A DNA stretch of 64,000 nt from Candidatus Latescibacterota bacterium (GTDB lineage Bacteria > Latescibacterota > UBA2968 > GCA-2709665): positions 608,001 to 672,000 of the forward strand of contig CAXXXF010000015.1 in the NCBI GenBank assembly GCA_963667175.2, read 5' to 3'. The notes beneath the pieces are model-generated. The model did not search any database. It saw nothing but the letters and a program-made list of their open reading frames with translations, and was not told where the DNA came from. Below, in pieces: positions 40,572 to 50,393 of the stretch; within the stretch, counting starts at the first letter, position 1, and each line of letters opens with the position of its first letter. The position numbers and the translations under genes were made by a program.

Positions 40572-41654
40572 TTACAGCGACAACAGTTGAAATCCCCGGT
40601 CCTTGAAATTCACATCCGGTTCGCGCGCGGACGTTATGAGGACCTGTCCGAACGACGCAACAAGATCCATGGCCGCCTCTGCCCTGTGTTGATCCAGTTC
40701 GGCGAAAACGTCGTCCATCAGCAGCACCGGCGAACGGCCGGTGTGCGACGCAAGATAGACTGCTTCGGCGAGTTTCCAGGACAGCAGAATGCTCTTGAGC
40801 TGGCCTTTCGAGGCAAACTTGTGCGCGCTTCGGCCATCCAGCGTGAAAACCAGATTGTCCCTGTGCGGGCCGACCAGCGTATAACCCAGACCCGCTTCAT
40901 CTCCCCGCCGACGCCTGAGTTCCGCCTCCAGTATCTCCTGCCCGCGTTCTCGTTCGTCGGCCTTTACGGGACTCTGGTAGACGGATGCGATCTGCTCTCT
41001 GCTTCGCGAAATCTGTTGGTAAACCGCATCGATCGTGGGCCGCATCGCGTCCAGCGCGTCCATCCTGTCTCGAATAATCCGGCCGCCAAGCTCCGCCAGC
41101 TGTACGTCCCAGGGGACCAGATGACGCACATCCAGCGCATGCTCCCGGCCTTCTTTCAGCAACCGGTTCCTCTGGGCCAGCACACGCCGGTACTGATCCA
41201 GATCGGACAGATAGGAGGTCTGGCACTGAGAAACAAGGATGTCCAGGAGACGGCGGCGTTGGGGGGGGTCCCGCAAGACCAGGTCCACGTCTTCCGGGAA
41301 GAACAGAACAGCGTTAAAGGCGCCGATCAGACTCGAAAGTCGGGGGAGTGGGGATGCATCCAGAAGCGCTCTTTTTTTGCCGACGCGCCGGTCGAAGGCG
41401 ATTCGAATCGATCTCGCGCGGTCTTCGAAGGCAACCGACGCATCGATGCTGAAATAATCCGTCCCCCACCGAACGACGTCCCTGTCTCTCGATCCGCGCC
41501 CGGACCTGGCTATGGCAAGGAAATAGATGGCTTCCAGCAGGTTCGACTTGCCCGCGCCGTTTTCCGCGCAAACCGCTGTCTTCCGGGCCGGAAATTCAAA
41601 ATCGGCGGCATCGAAATTTCGATAGTTGACAAGCTTGAGCGCCGTAAGGTACAA
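40572..41654 (-). CDS. recF: DNA replication/repair protein RecF
   Basis: NYRN, NGAGKSNLLEAI, GPHRD, SKGQ and LLMDDVFAELD. Confidence 0.97.
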   Translation of the reverse strand: MYLTALKLVNYRNFDAADFEFPARKTAVCAENGAGKSNLLEAIYFLAIARSGRGSRDRDVVRWGTDYFSIDASVAFEDRARSIRIAFDRRVGKKRALLDASPLPRLSSLIGAFNAVLFFPEDVDLVLRDPPQRRRLLDILVSQCQTSYLSDLDQYRRVLAQRNRLLKEGREHALDVRHLVPWDVQLAELGGRIIRDRMDALDAMRPTIDAVYQQISRSREQIASVYQSPVKADERERGQEILEAELRRRRGDEAGLGYTLVGPHRDNLVFTLDGRSAHKFASKGQLKSILLSWKLAEAVYLASHTGRSPVLLMDDVFAELDQHRAEAAMDLVASFGQVLITSAREPDVNFKDRGFQLLSL

Positions 41655-41667
41655 AACCCGTTGCCCA

Positions 41668-42867
41668 TCAGTCGTTTATCCGAAGCGGCATCAGCAGACA
41701 CAGGTAGTCTTCGCCTTCCGGCTGCTCCGCCGGTCGTATGATCCCAGCAGCCATAGGACCGTCCAGTTCGAACATTACTTCCTCGGAGTCGATACGTCTG
41801 ATAATATCCAGGAGATAATTCGAATTGTAACCGACCACCATTTCGTCGCCGCTGTATTCGGCTTCGAGCTCCTCACGGGCCTCGCCGCCAATTTCCTGGC
41901 TTGAGGCCGAGAGTACGACGCGGTTGTCGTTCATTTCCAGGCGAACCTGGTGGGTCTGCGCGCTTGAAAGAATGGAAACCCGCCGGACAGCCGGCATGAA
42001 TTGGACGTTGGCAACCTTCATTGTTGTTCCGTTGTCCTGGGGGATTACCTGCTCGTAGTCGACGTATGGGCCCTCCACCACGCGGGAAAACAGACGGATG
42101 GACCCGCGGGCGCTTGTTTCGGCGCCGTTGGCCGCCTGCAGGTCGAACACCACGTGGTTCTGGCCGAACTGCACGCGGCCCAGGCTGCAGCCGGCGGAAG
42201 CCAGCTTGACCACGTGGTTCAGCGCCCGGGTGGGAACGATGGCCTCCGTTGAGACGTCATGTCCCTCCGATCGAGAAAGTGTCCTGGAGTATCTGACCAG
42301 TCTTGCGCCGTCCGTGGCGACCATCGTCATCCGGCCGTCGCCAACCTTCCAGAACACGCCGTTCAGGACAGGCCTGGTCTCATCTCTGGACACGGCAAAT
42401 GCCGTCTTTGAAATCATATCCCGCATTATCCGGCCCTCGCCGCCATCTTCAGGGGACTCGTCCTGCGACTCGAAGACCATCTCGGGACCGTCGACTTCCG
42501 CGGGCAACTCAGGGAAGTCTTCCGCGGGCGCCGCCATAAGCGCATACGTTCCTTCCAGACCCGATTCGCACTGGAGTGTCACGCGCCCTGAATCTTCGGT
42601 CAGAACAAGGGGGCCTTCGGGCAGTTCCCGCACGATCTCGGCGAATTTTCGGGCGGGGACCGTGGTCGACCCGGGAGACTCCACCGTGCCGGAAAGCATA
42701 CAGTTGATGGAAATATCGAGATCCGTGGCCGTCAGACACACTTCACCGGTCTCGTTGGTTCCGACGAGTATATTTGACAGCACAGGCAAGGCTGTCTTCG
42801 ACGGGACGATATCCAGCACCGAATTGATGCCCCAGATGAGCAGATCCTGCTCAATAACCACCTTCAT
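41668..42867 (-). CDS. dnaN: DNA polymerase III beta sliding clamp
   Basis: LPVLSNIL, ATDLD, DETRPVLNG, VATDG and LLMPLR. Confidence 0.97.
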   Translation of the reverse strand: MKVVIEQDLLIWGINSVLDIVPSKTALPVLSNILVGTNETGEVCLTATDLDISINCMLSGTVESPGSTTVPARKFAEIVRELPEGPLVLTEDSGRVTLQCESGLEGTYALMAAPAEDFPELPAEVDGPEMVFESQDESPEDGGEGRIMRDMISKTAFAVSRDETRPVLNGVFWKVGDGRMTMVATDGARLVRYSRTLSRSEGHDVSTEAIVPTRALNHVVKLASAGCSLGRVQFGQNHVVFDLQAANGAETSARGSIRLFSRVVEGPYVDYEQVIPQDNGTTMKVANVQFMPAVRRVSILSSAQTHQVRLEMNDNRVVLSASSQEIGGEAREELEAEYSGDEMVVGYNSNYLLDIIRRIDSEEVMFELDGPMAAGIIRPAEQPEGEDYLCLLMPLRIND

Positions 42868-42985
42868 TTCACTGTCTCCCGGTAACACGTGCTTCAACGA
42901 CGTCGTTCCACCAGATTCCGGTTGAAATTTCGGGATCGTATTCGTCAATTAAAACGGCCTGTTCGGCCGTTGTGGACCATGACGT

Positions 42986-43014
42986 AATATACTGATTTTT
43001 ATCGAATTTGTCAA
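42986..43014 (-). promoter_or_regulatory. sigma70 promoter of dnaN
   Basis: TTGACA-17-TATATT. Confidence 0.8.
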
Positions 43015-43284
43015 CGACTATTGTCTCTTTCCCGGTCCTGCGAAAGACCCCTCCGGAAGCGCCATTTACGGGTTCCCGGGAACGGCGGATTCAACGGCCT
43101 CGATCACACCTTCCAGGCGCCGCGAAAAGCGACTGCCGTCTTCAATAATTATCGGAAGCGCTCTCGGTCGCCTCGACGTCGTTTCCCCCGGCTCGGACGC
43201 TCGCAAAAAGCGCGTGTCGGACGCGCATGACACGCATCGCCGTATGTCCGCAATATTCGTGGTCCTGCCCGGGAGCTGCGGCAT

Positions 43285-43680
43285 CTGTCAACATTCCCGA
43301 TTGTGAATAACTCTTGCGAACTCCCGACGGATTTCGCGCGAACGACGTCCTTAACTATCCATTCATGTGACAGATACGTGGATCCGTCGTGCCTGCGCTC
43401 CGGAGAAGTCGAATTGTGGGTTATTTTCCGAAAAACACGTGGACAAAGTCTGGCGAGCGCTACCTTGCCCGGGCGGAGGTGAATAAGCCTTGGGTTACGC
43501 ACAGGTTATCCATAGCGAAACGACAATTCCAGGATCCCGTTTTCGCTTCCAGTTTGCGGTCCACTGCCGTTTTTCCACCTTTCCACCGGGCTTATTGTTA
43601 TTGTTTCTTAATTCATCATTCCTGAAAGAATAAATGTACAAATAATGCCGGGCCGCATTTCCTGTGGATAATTTGCATAC
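43285..43680. other. oriC: Chromosomal replication origin oriC
   Basis: Lies between dnaA and dnaN. Perfect DnaA box TGTGGATAA (43663-43671) and near-matches at 43302, 43415, 43478, 43506, 43571 and 43579. AT-rich tract 43591-43646. Predominant gene orientation switches in this neighbourhood. Confidence 0.88.
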
Positions 43681-43709
43681 TCCGAAAGAAACGACCGCGG
43701 AAGAAGGGT

Positions 43710-45119
43710 TCAGGCCGACGAGAACTGCTGGACCGTGTTCTGGATGCGGCTGACAAGCGCCTCGAAATCGGGATCGGCAGAAAGCCTGGTGGCGATATTT
43801 TTGCATGCGTGAATGACGGTTGTGTGATCACGATTTCCGAATTCAGTGCCGATTGACTTGAGGGGCGCCTCCGTAAGCCGTCTGCAAAGGTACATGCAGA
43901 TGTGCCGAGCCGTGGCGATATCCTGCTTTCGGGTGGAACCCGTCAGCATTGCCACGGGGATGTTAAAGAAGCCGGCCGTTCCCTTCTGGATCTCCTCGAT
44001 GCTGATTGCGGGTGACGCGATGGCATTGGCGCGACCCATACTCTTTATGGTATGTCTGGCGATATCGAGGGAAACGGGAGCGCCTTTATATACCGAAAAA
44101 GTAATGAGATGGGTCAGGGCGCCTTCCAGTTCCCGGATATTCGAATCTACCTGTTCGGCCATGAAACGCGCGACGTCGGGGGGGATCCTGACGCCATGGC
44201 TTCCCGCCTTCTGATTGACGATTGCCATTCGGGTTTCCAGATCCGGTCGGTCGATATCCGAAACAAGCCCCCACTGAAACCTTGAAATCAGTCTGTCTTC
44301 AAATCCTTTCAGGGTTGACGGCGGCCGGTCGGAACTCAGGACGATCTGTTTGTTGAGTTGATACAGTGCGTTGAAGGTGTGAATGAGCTGGCGCTGGCAG
44401 GCTTCGGTCGTTGCGTGGAACTGAATGTCGTCGATGAGAAGAATGTCGGCGTTTCGATAAATCTCGGTAAATGCGGATGAATCCTTTTTTTGGATGGCTT
44501 TCAAATAGTCGGTAAAAAACCTCTCGCCCGTCGTATACACAACGCGCCCGGCCGTGTTGTTGCGAACGCAATGGTCGGCGATCGCCTGGAGCAAGTGCGT
44601 TTTCCCGAGGCCCACGCCGCTATAGATGAACAGCGGGTTGTAGGACGTTGTGCCGGGCGACTCCGCGACGGATTTCGCCGCAGTGTATGAGAACTGATTG
44701 CTCTCGCCAACGACGAAGTCTTCAAACCGATATCTGGGATTCAGCGGAAAAACGGCTTCGGATACAACGGCGGGAACGGGGTCTTCCCTGTTTGGCTGAA
44801 GATTCGGCGGAGGCGGGGAAGCGTCGGCCATGGTGAAGTCGGGTGGCGACCCCGATGCGGACCGGATGTCTTTCTTGATGGCAAACCGAATTTCCGGCGT
44901 CCAGGAAGTGATTTCTTCTATTACAGACTTGATTAAATGGAGCCAATGTTCTTCAAGCCAGTCTCCGAAAAAGGAAGTTGGCGCTTCAATAACCGCCAAC
45001 TCCGCGTCCAGTCGTGGTGACAATGTCTCGGCGAACCATGTACTGTAGGCATCCGCCTCGATTTTCCCCTCGATTTTCCGCAGACACCTGCCCCAGAGGA
45101 CGGAAGGATTTTCAACCAT
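43710..45119 (-). CDS. dnaA: Chromosomal replication initiator
   Basis: YNPLFIYSGVGLGKTHL, LLIDDIQF, RLISRF.WGL, NIRELEGAL and RDHTTV. An alternative start lies at 45137. Confidence 0.98.
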   Translation of the reverse strand: MVENPSVLWGRCLRKIEGKIEADAYSTWFAETLSPRLDAELAVIEAPTSFFGDWLEEHWLHLIKSVIEEITSWTPEIRFAIKKDIRSASGSPPDFTMADASPPPPNLQPNREDPVPAVVSEAVFPLNPRYRFEDFVVGESNQFSYTAAKSVAESPGTTSYNPLFIYSGVGLGKTHLLQAIADHCVRNNTAGRVVYTTGERFFTDYLKAIQKKDSSAFTEIYRNADILLIDDIQFHATTEACQRQLIHTFNALYQLNKQIVLSSDRPPSTLKGFEDRLISRFQWGLVSDIDRPDLETRMAIVNQKAGSHGVRIPPDVARFMAEQVDSNIRELEGALTHLITFSVYKGAPVSLDIARHTIKSMGRANAIASPAISIEEIQKGTAGFFNIPVAMLTGSTRKQDIATARHICMYLCRRLTEAPLKSIGTEFGNRDHTTVIHACKNIATRLSADPDFEALVSRIQNTVQQFSSA

Positions 45120-45603
45120 AAAGACAAAGCCACCCATACGTTAGCGAGGGACGTGCGCCGTCGCTAAGCTCTATTTGCAATAATAAAAGAGAATTGGCGG
45201 GGAAGAATGCCGAGCCCTGCCAGAAGCCAGAAGATCATCTATGGAGGGAGTGTTGCAGAAGATATTCTGGGGGGATGGAATTCACGGCGGAGAAAGAGGT
45301 GAATTCCTTGCAAACGGACAATACAAAGGCCTGCCGGTTGCAGACCGGTCTTTGGAAAAAGCGGGAACAAGAAAATCAATCATTAGGATGCGGGGGAGTC
45401 CGCCGAAGGTACTGCCTCGGCAAAAACGACGGCGCCAAACTAAAGAAGAGATCTGCAAAAGTCAAGCCCTTTCTGGCAGAAAATTCTCCCTGATTTTCGG
45501 CCATCGACCTGCGACATCGATATACCAATTATTGTATATTCATTCCATTAAATACACCATGTAGTGGATTTTTTCGTGATCGCATGGAGACCTATGAAAT
45601 CCC

Positions 45604-45632
45604 TTGACAAAGGTTCCTTCCCCATCTATATT
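45604..45632 (+). promoter_or_regulatory. sigma70 promoter of the rpmH operon
   Basis: TTGACA-17-TATATT. Confidence 0.8.
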
Positions 45633-45699
45633 CATAAGTTCCTACAATTCATTTAGATACAACAACGGCTGTTCTCTGCGCAACGCACGGACAAGGGTC

Positions 45700-45834
45700 A
45701 TGAAGCGGACGTTCCAGCCCAGCAACCGGAAACGAAAAAACAAACACGGCTTTCGCCACCGCATGCGAACCCCGGGCGGGCGTCAGATATTCTCCAGGCG
45801 TCGGCGCAAGGGCCGCGTACGGATCTCACTCTAG
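45700..45834 (+). CDS. rpmH: 50S ribosomal protein L34
   Basis: [22 protein letters not shown]...RRRKGR. Confidence 0.98.
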   Translation: MKRTFQPSNRKRKNKHGFRHRMRTPGGRQIFSRRRRKGRVRISL

Positions 45835-45838
45835 AACG

Positions 45839-46198
45839 ATGAGGCCAGGCGCCGGATTGCGCAGCGAGGTTCACAATCTCCGGCGGATCGGATCGTTGTT
45901 CCGGGGTCGCTGGTTGCATGTCCGTTCGGGTAAGTCCTCAGAAGATCGCATTATCATCTCCGTGCGCAAGCGGTTTGGCAAGGCCGTCGCGCGGAATCGC
46001 GCACGGCGGCGAATTCGCGCCATCTGCAGGGAAATGGCGCCTCACCTCAGCACGGGTCATCTGGTCCTCATATCCGTCGGCGACGGATCGGCCGCTGCAG
46101 GGTTCCGGGATCTGCGCAGAGACTTGATCGCTGCGTTTGGAAGACTGGGTCTTCTCCACGGGTCGGCCATCCCGCCGTTGGGATTGCGTCCTCGTTGA
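45839..46198 (+). CDS. rnpA: Ribonuclease P protein component
   Basis: SVRKRFGKAVARNRARRRIR (RNR motif); directly follows rpmH. Confidence 0.92.
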   Translation: MRPGAGLRSEVHNLRRIGSLFRGRWLHVRSGKSSEDRIIISVRKRFGKAVARNRARRRIRAICREMAPHLSTGHLVLISVGDGSAAAGFRDLRRDLIAAFGRLGLLHGSAIPPLGLRPR

Positions 46199-46381
46199 AT
46201 CGCCCTCCGCTTTTTCTTCGGATGCGTGTTGCCCCCCGTACCATGCCCCCGTCAGTGTTCCGACCCGGAAACAGATTGCGGAAATCCGGTCGATGAGTCG
46301 CCCGGCTCTCATAGCGGGCACTTCCGCAGACTCACGTTCCCGTCTGCATCCTGCAGGCCCGCGACATCACAGGTCTGACGA

Positions 46382-48079
46382 ATGGACAAGCGTACTATCC
46401 TCGCCTTTATCTTGATCGGTCTGATCATCATTCTCTATCCCCATTACATGGAGTGGATCATGGGCGATCCGCCACCGGTCCCACCCCCGGAACGGATCCC
46501 CTCCGAAAGCCTGAGAACGCCCCCCATTCCGCCGCCTGAACAACCCGTCCGCCAACGCGGGAGCCGGCAGCCCGAGATCGCGCGGGAGACCTTGGACGAC
46601 GTCTCCTCCGGAGAGCGGCGCGGCCGGAGTTCCCCAGAAGTATTCACCCCGAAAGACGTCGTCATAGAGACCGACCTGTTTAGTGCCACGTTCAGTACGC
46701 GGGGCGGGGTACTGACCCGCCTTCGGCTGAAGGCGTATGAACATCCGGACGGCGGAGAGTTGGATCTGATCGCGCCCGGGAGCGCCGCGCTGGGCCTTTC
46801 TCTGGCCGGCGAATCACTGGACGCATACGAGTTTGCCACGGACACGCCAGGGCTCACGTTGGTCGGGGCGGAACAGGCCGAGTTAATCTTCAGGGGTCAG
46901 GCGGAAACGCGCACGATTGAAAAGCGGGTCCGCTTTCAGGGCAACCGGTACCGGATGGACGTGGCGGTGGCCGTTTCCAACCTGGATCCGCAGGAGAAGC
47001 TGGGCGTGACATGGTCGGGCAGTCTGGCCGATACGGAGAACAACCCTGAAGAGAACGCAGCCTATATGTCGGTGGTCACGCGCGCGGGCGGCGAAGTCGA
47101 GACCTGGAACGTGGAGGACCTTGGACCCGACGGCGACCCCCCGCCCGGCGGCAGGATCTCCTGGGTCGGGATAAGGAATAAATATTTCCTGGTTGCGCTG
47201 ATTCCTCCGGAAGGCAGTTATGGCCTGAATCTGGGTGGCGAGAAGCCCGATATCGCCGAATGGTACGACGTCGAAATCCAGGCAAAGGACATCGATCCGG
47301 GTCAACGGTACGGTGTTTATTTCGGTCCGATTTCCTACGATCGCCTCCGGCGGCAGAATCAGGACTTGTCAGGCAATTACCGGGAACTCGAGATGGAAGA
47401 GTTCATGGAATATGGCTTCGCCATCTTCCGGCCGATCATCAAGCCCATCACCAATCTGAATCTCCGGGCGTTCCTGGCGCTTCATCCCCTCATCCCGAAC
47501 TACGGCCTGGTGATCATCGTATTCTCCGTACTGATCAAAATCGTGGTGTTTCCACTGACGCACAAGAGTCTCGAGGCTGCCGCGAAGATGCAGCAGTTTC
47601 AGCCCAGGATCGCCGCGCTGCGCGAGAAATACCCGGACGACCAGCAAAAAGTCCAGCGGGAGATGATGAAGCTCTATAAGGAGGAGGGGGTAAACCCGCT
47701 GGGCGGCTGCCTTCCAATGGTCGTCCAGATGCCCATCCTCTTTTCGCTGTTCAATGTGTTCCGCGGCGCGATCGAACTCCGGCAGTCCGAGTTCGTGTTC
47801 TGGATCACGGACCTGTCCCAGCCTGACCGATTGTACATCGGGGGATTTGAAGTCCACCTCCTGCCGCTGCTGATGGCCGTCTCGACGTTCGTGCAGTCGA
47901 AAATGACGATGAAAGACCCAAAGCAGGCGTTCATGGTCTACATCATGCCCGTATTTATGATCTGGATATTCTGGAGTATGTCCTCGGGCCTGGTGCTATA
48001 CTGGACCATGTTCAACGTGCTCACCATTTTACAGCAGCAAGTCATGGAACGTGTGAAACGCGTGCTGGGCACGCGCTGA
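46382..48079 (+). CDS. yidC: Membrane protein insertase YidC
   Basis: MDKRTILA, NYGLVII, NPLGGCLP..VQMP and WITDLSQPD. Confidence 0.97.
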   Translation: MDKRTILAFILIGLIIILYPHYMEWIMGDPPPVPPPERIPSESLRTPPIPPPEQPVRQRGSRQPEIARETLDDVSSGERRGRSSPEVFTPKDVVIETDLFSATFSTRGGVLTRLRLKAYEHPDGGELDLIAPGSAALGLSLAGESLDAYEFATDTPGLTLVGAEQAELIFRGQAETRTIEKRVRFQGNRYRMDVAVAVSNLDPQEKLGVTWSGSLADTENNPEENAAYMSVVTRAGGEVETWNVEDLGPDGDPPPGGRISWVGIRNKYFLVALIPPEGSYGLNLGGEKPDIAEWYDVEIQAKDIDPGQRYGVYFGPISYDRLRRQNQDLSGNYRELEMEEFMEYGFAIFRPIIKPITNLNLRAFLALHPLIPNYGLVIIVFSVLIKIVVFPLTHKSLEAAAKMQQFQPRIAALREKYPDDQQKVQREMMKLYKEEGVNPLGGCLPMVVQMPILFSLFNVFRGAIELRQSEFVFWITDLSQPDRLYIGGFEVHLLPLLMAVSTFVQSKMTMKDPKQAFMVYIMPVFMIWIFWSMSSGLVLYWTMFNVLTILQQQVMERVKRVLGTR

Positions 48080-48091
48080 GGATTTGCCCCG

Positions 48092-49447
48092 ATGAGGCCA
48101 TCGGACCGCGATACCATTGTCGCAATCGCCACCGGTCCCGGCGAGGCAGCGATCGGCATCGTGCGGCTTACAGGACCGGAGGCGGTGGAAATCGCCTCCG
48201 GTTTCTTTTGTGGATCCCTTGCATTAAACCGCGTTGAGGACCGCCGCCTGACGTATGGAAGGTTTGTGGTCGGTGACGAGGTCCTGGACGAGGTCCTGGT
48301 CGCCGTCATGAGGGGTTCCCGGTCGTTTACGGGCGAAGACACGGTCGAGTTCAACTGCCACGGCGGCCCTCTTCTTCTGCGGCGGGCGATGGAGGCGATG
48401 GTCTCGGCGGGCGCGCGTCCCGCCGAGCCGGGCGAATTCACGCGGCGGGCGTTTCTCAACGGCCGAATCGACCTCACCCAGGCGGAAGCGATTTCTGATT
48501 TGATCACCGCCCGGGCCGACCGGGGTCTTCGGTCGGCCTATTTCCAGTTGCGCGGCGGGTTGAGGGCCCGGTTCGAAGATCTGGCGGAGGCCCTGCGGGA
48601 TTCGCTGACGTTGCTTGAGGCGGGACTGGATTTTTACGAAGACGCGGACGTCGAGCAGGACGCCGTACGTCCGTCGATTGTGCGGGCGGCGGAGGAAATC
48701 GAGCGGCTGATCGCCTCCTATCAACACGGAAAAATCATACGCGAGGGTGCCCTCGTGGCCCTCGCCGGCCCCCCGAACGCCGGCAAATCGAGCCTGCTCA
48801 ACCGGCTGCTGGAAGAGGACCGCGCCATCGTCTCGCCGGTTTCCGGCACCACGCGGGATACGATCGAAGAGTCGATCACGCTGGACGGCATTCGCGTCAC
48901 GCTGGTCGACACGGCCGGGATTGCGAAGCCGCGTGACGACGTTGAGCGAGAAGGCGCGCGACGGTCGCGAAGGGCGATTGCCCGGGCCGGCCTTGTGCTC
49001 CTGATCGTGGACGGGTCCGTCCCCGCGGCCGCCGGGCTGGAGGCGATGGTTGAGGGCGTGACGCCCGGAAACGTGCTTCTCGTCAAGAACAAGAAGGACC
49101 TCGGCCTCCACGCCGACTGGCGGAGGGGCCACGTGTTTCAGGATCTCTCCACCTCCGCCCTCACGGGGGAGGGCCTCGACAGCCTCAGGAAACGGATCCG
49201 CGGGCGCGTGATTGCGGCATCCGATCCCGAACCCGGCGTGGTAACGCACGCGCGGCACGTGGAGGCGTTGCGGCGGGCGGGAGACGCGCTCGGCCGGGCA
49301 ACCGGGGCGCTTGGCGAGCGACTTCCCGGAGAGGTGGTGGCGATGGAACTGCGCGAGGCAACCGCCGCGCTGGGCGAGATTGTCGGCGAGACCACGTCGG
49401 AGGACATCCTGGACCGGATTTTCAGTACTTTCTGTATAGGCAAATAG
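48092..49447 (+). CDS. mnmE: tRNA modification GTPase MnmE
   Basis: DTIVAIAT, GEFTRRAFLNG, GPPNAGKSS, GTTRD, DTAG and FCIGK. Confidence 0.98.
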   Translation: MRPSDRDTIVAIATGPGEAAIGIVRLTGPEAVEIASGFFCGSLALNRVEDRRLTYGRFVVGDEVLDEVLVAVMRGSRSFTGEDTVEFNCHGGPLLLRRAMEAMVSAGARPAEPGEFTRRAFLNGRIDLTQAEAISDLITARADRGLRSAYFQLRGGLRARFEDLAEALRDSLTLLEAGLDFYEDADVEQDAVRPSIVRAAEEIERLIASYQHGKIIREGALVALAGPPNAGKSSLLNRLLEEDRAIVSPVSGTTRDTIEESITLDGIRVTLVDTAGIAKPRDDVEREGARRSRRAIARAGLVLLIVDGSVPAAAGLEAMVEGVTPGNVLLVKNKKDLGLHADWRRGHVFQDLSTSALTGEGLDSLRKRIRGRVIAASDPEPGVVTHARHVEALRRAGDALGRATGALGERLPGEVVAMELREATAALGEIVGETTSEDILDRIFSTFCIGK

Positions 49448-49449
49448 CC

Positions 49450-50320
49450 AAAAGGCGGTGAGACGTGAGACGGTAGACGAGTTGGTACGCCTGCGGTTTA
49501 TCCATTGCGTCCTGAGAGGTCGCCTGTCGGTGGAAAAACACCCACTGGAACAGCGTTCCGGGCGGTCCCAAACTTCACATCTCTAATTTACTTTTTTCTT
49601 CTTCGTCCTTATTTCTTATCCGCCGTAAGAAAAAGGACCAAAAAGAAGCGCGCCTGTCTGCCGGCCAGGCAGGCCGCTCAAACGCCGCGGGCTGCTTTTC
49701 CGCGAATCGCCTTTGTGGAAGGAACGAGAGCCGTTGGCCTGAAACCCTTGCAGGCGTTCCCGGACGACGTTGCTGGACGGACTCGCGCGGAAAAGCCCCT
49801 TCACCACCACCATTCGCTTGATAGGATCCCGCGGAGATCCGATAGAGATGTCCTTATACGACGGAGCGCTTACAGCCCCCCAACACCCCCACCAACCTAC
49901 CCCCTATCCCCCTTCCCGGGGGGAAGGGGGAACGGCGAGGGGTCGATGGACTGGGCATGCAGATGTGCCGGGCTGGCGATTTCCTGTCAATCAGAAGTAT
50001 CTATAGATGACCGGCACGCGATGCCTGTCTTTTCTCCCCCTCTCCTCACAGGAGAGGGGGCAGGGGGGAGAGGTCTGCGGGGCTGGGGGTGGTTCGCTCC
50101 TGGCTGACTGCTGGTTTGGTTTTCTTTGTGTCTTCGTGTCTTTGTGTGAGCTGATTTTCGCTTCAAGCTGACGGCTGAAAGCTGATCGCTGCTTGTCGAC
50201 GGCAGGGAATTTGGGGCGATGTGGATGTGGAAGTTGATTTTAGCTGATTGCTTTGGTTTTCTTTGTGTCTTCGTGTCTTCGTGTGAGCGGTTTTCATTTT
50301 TGCTATAAGCTGACAGCTGG
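49450..50320 (+). repeat. Composite modular repeat, copy 2
   Basis: 49521-49690 is nearly identical to 53550-53742, and the modules continue in the same order as in 53430-54342. Confidence 0.88.
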
Positions 50321-50336
50321 TGTTCCACGTGAAACA
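50321..50336. promoter_or_regulatory. parS: parS centromere-like site
   Basis: TGTTCCACGTGAAACA matches the TGTTNCACGTGAAACA consensus and is origin-proximal. Confidence 0.92.
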
Positions 50337-50393
50337 TGGCATCCAATACAAGGAATCGGCGCGTTGCTTCCGGCGGACGCGTACGGAGGAACG

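Noticed and set aside
45140-45600. dnaA-rpmH intergenic region as oriC
   Set aside because: AT-rich but with no convincing DnaA boxes; it is explained by divergent promoters, and the boxes cluster downstream of dnaA.
46199-46381. Possible yidD between rnpA and yidC
   Set aside because: No CRFxPxCS motif seen in any frame.
50124-50290. Repeated CTTTGTGTCTTCGTGT units as a possible CRISPR array
   Set aside because: The copies are dispersed with irregular spacing and internal 8-bp periodicity, and no cas genes are present.
49505-50346. ORFs within the repeat regions (also 9179-9641, 53232-54397 and 55534-56275)
   Set aside because: Frames are not preserved between copies, and the peptides (HEDTKTQR, SCQLSAVS, PTPYPPS) are translations of repeat motifs.
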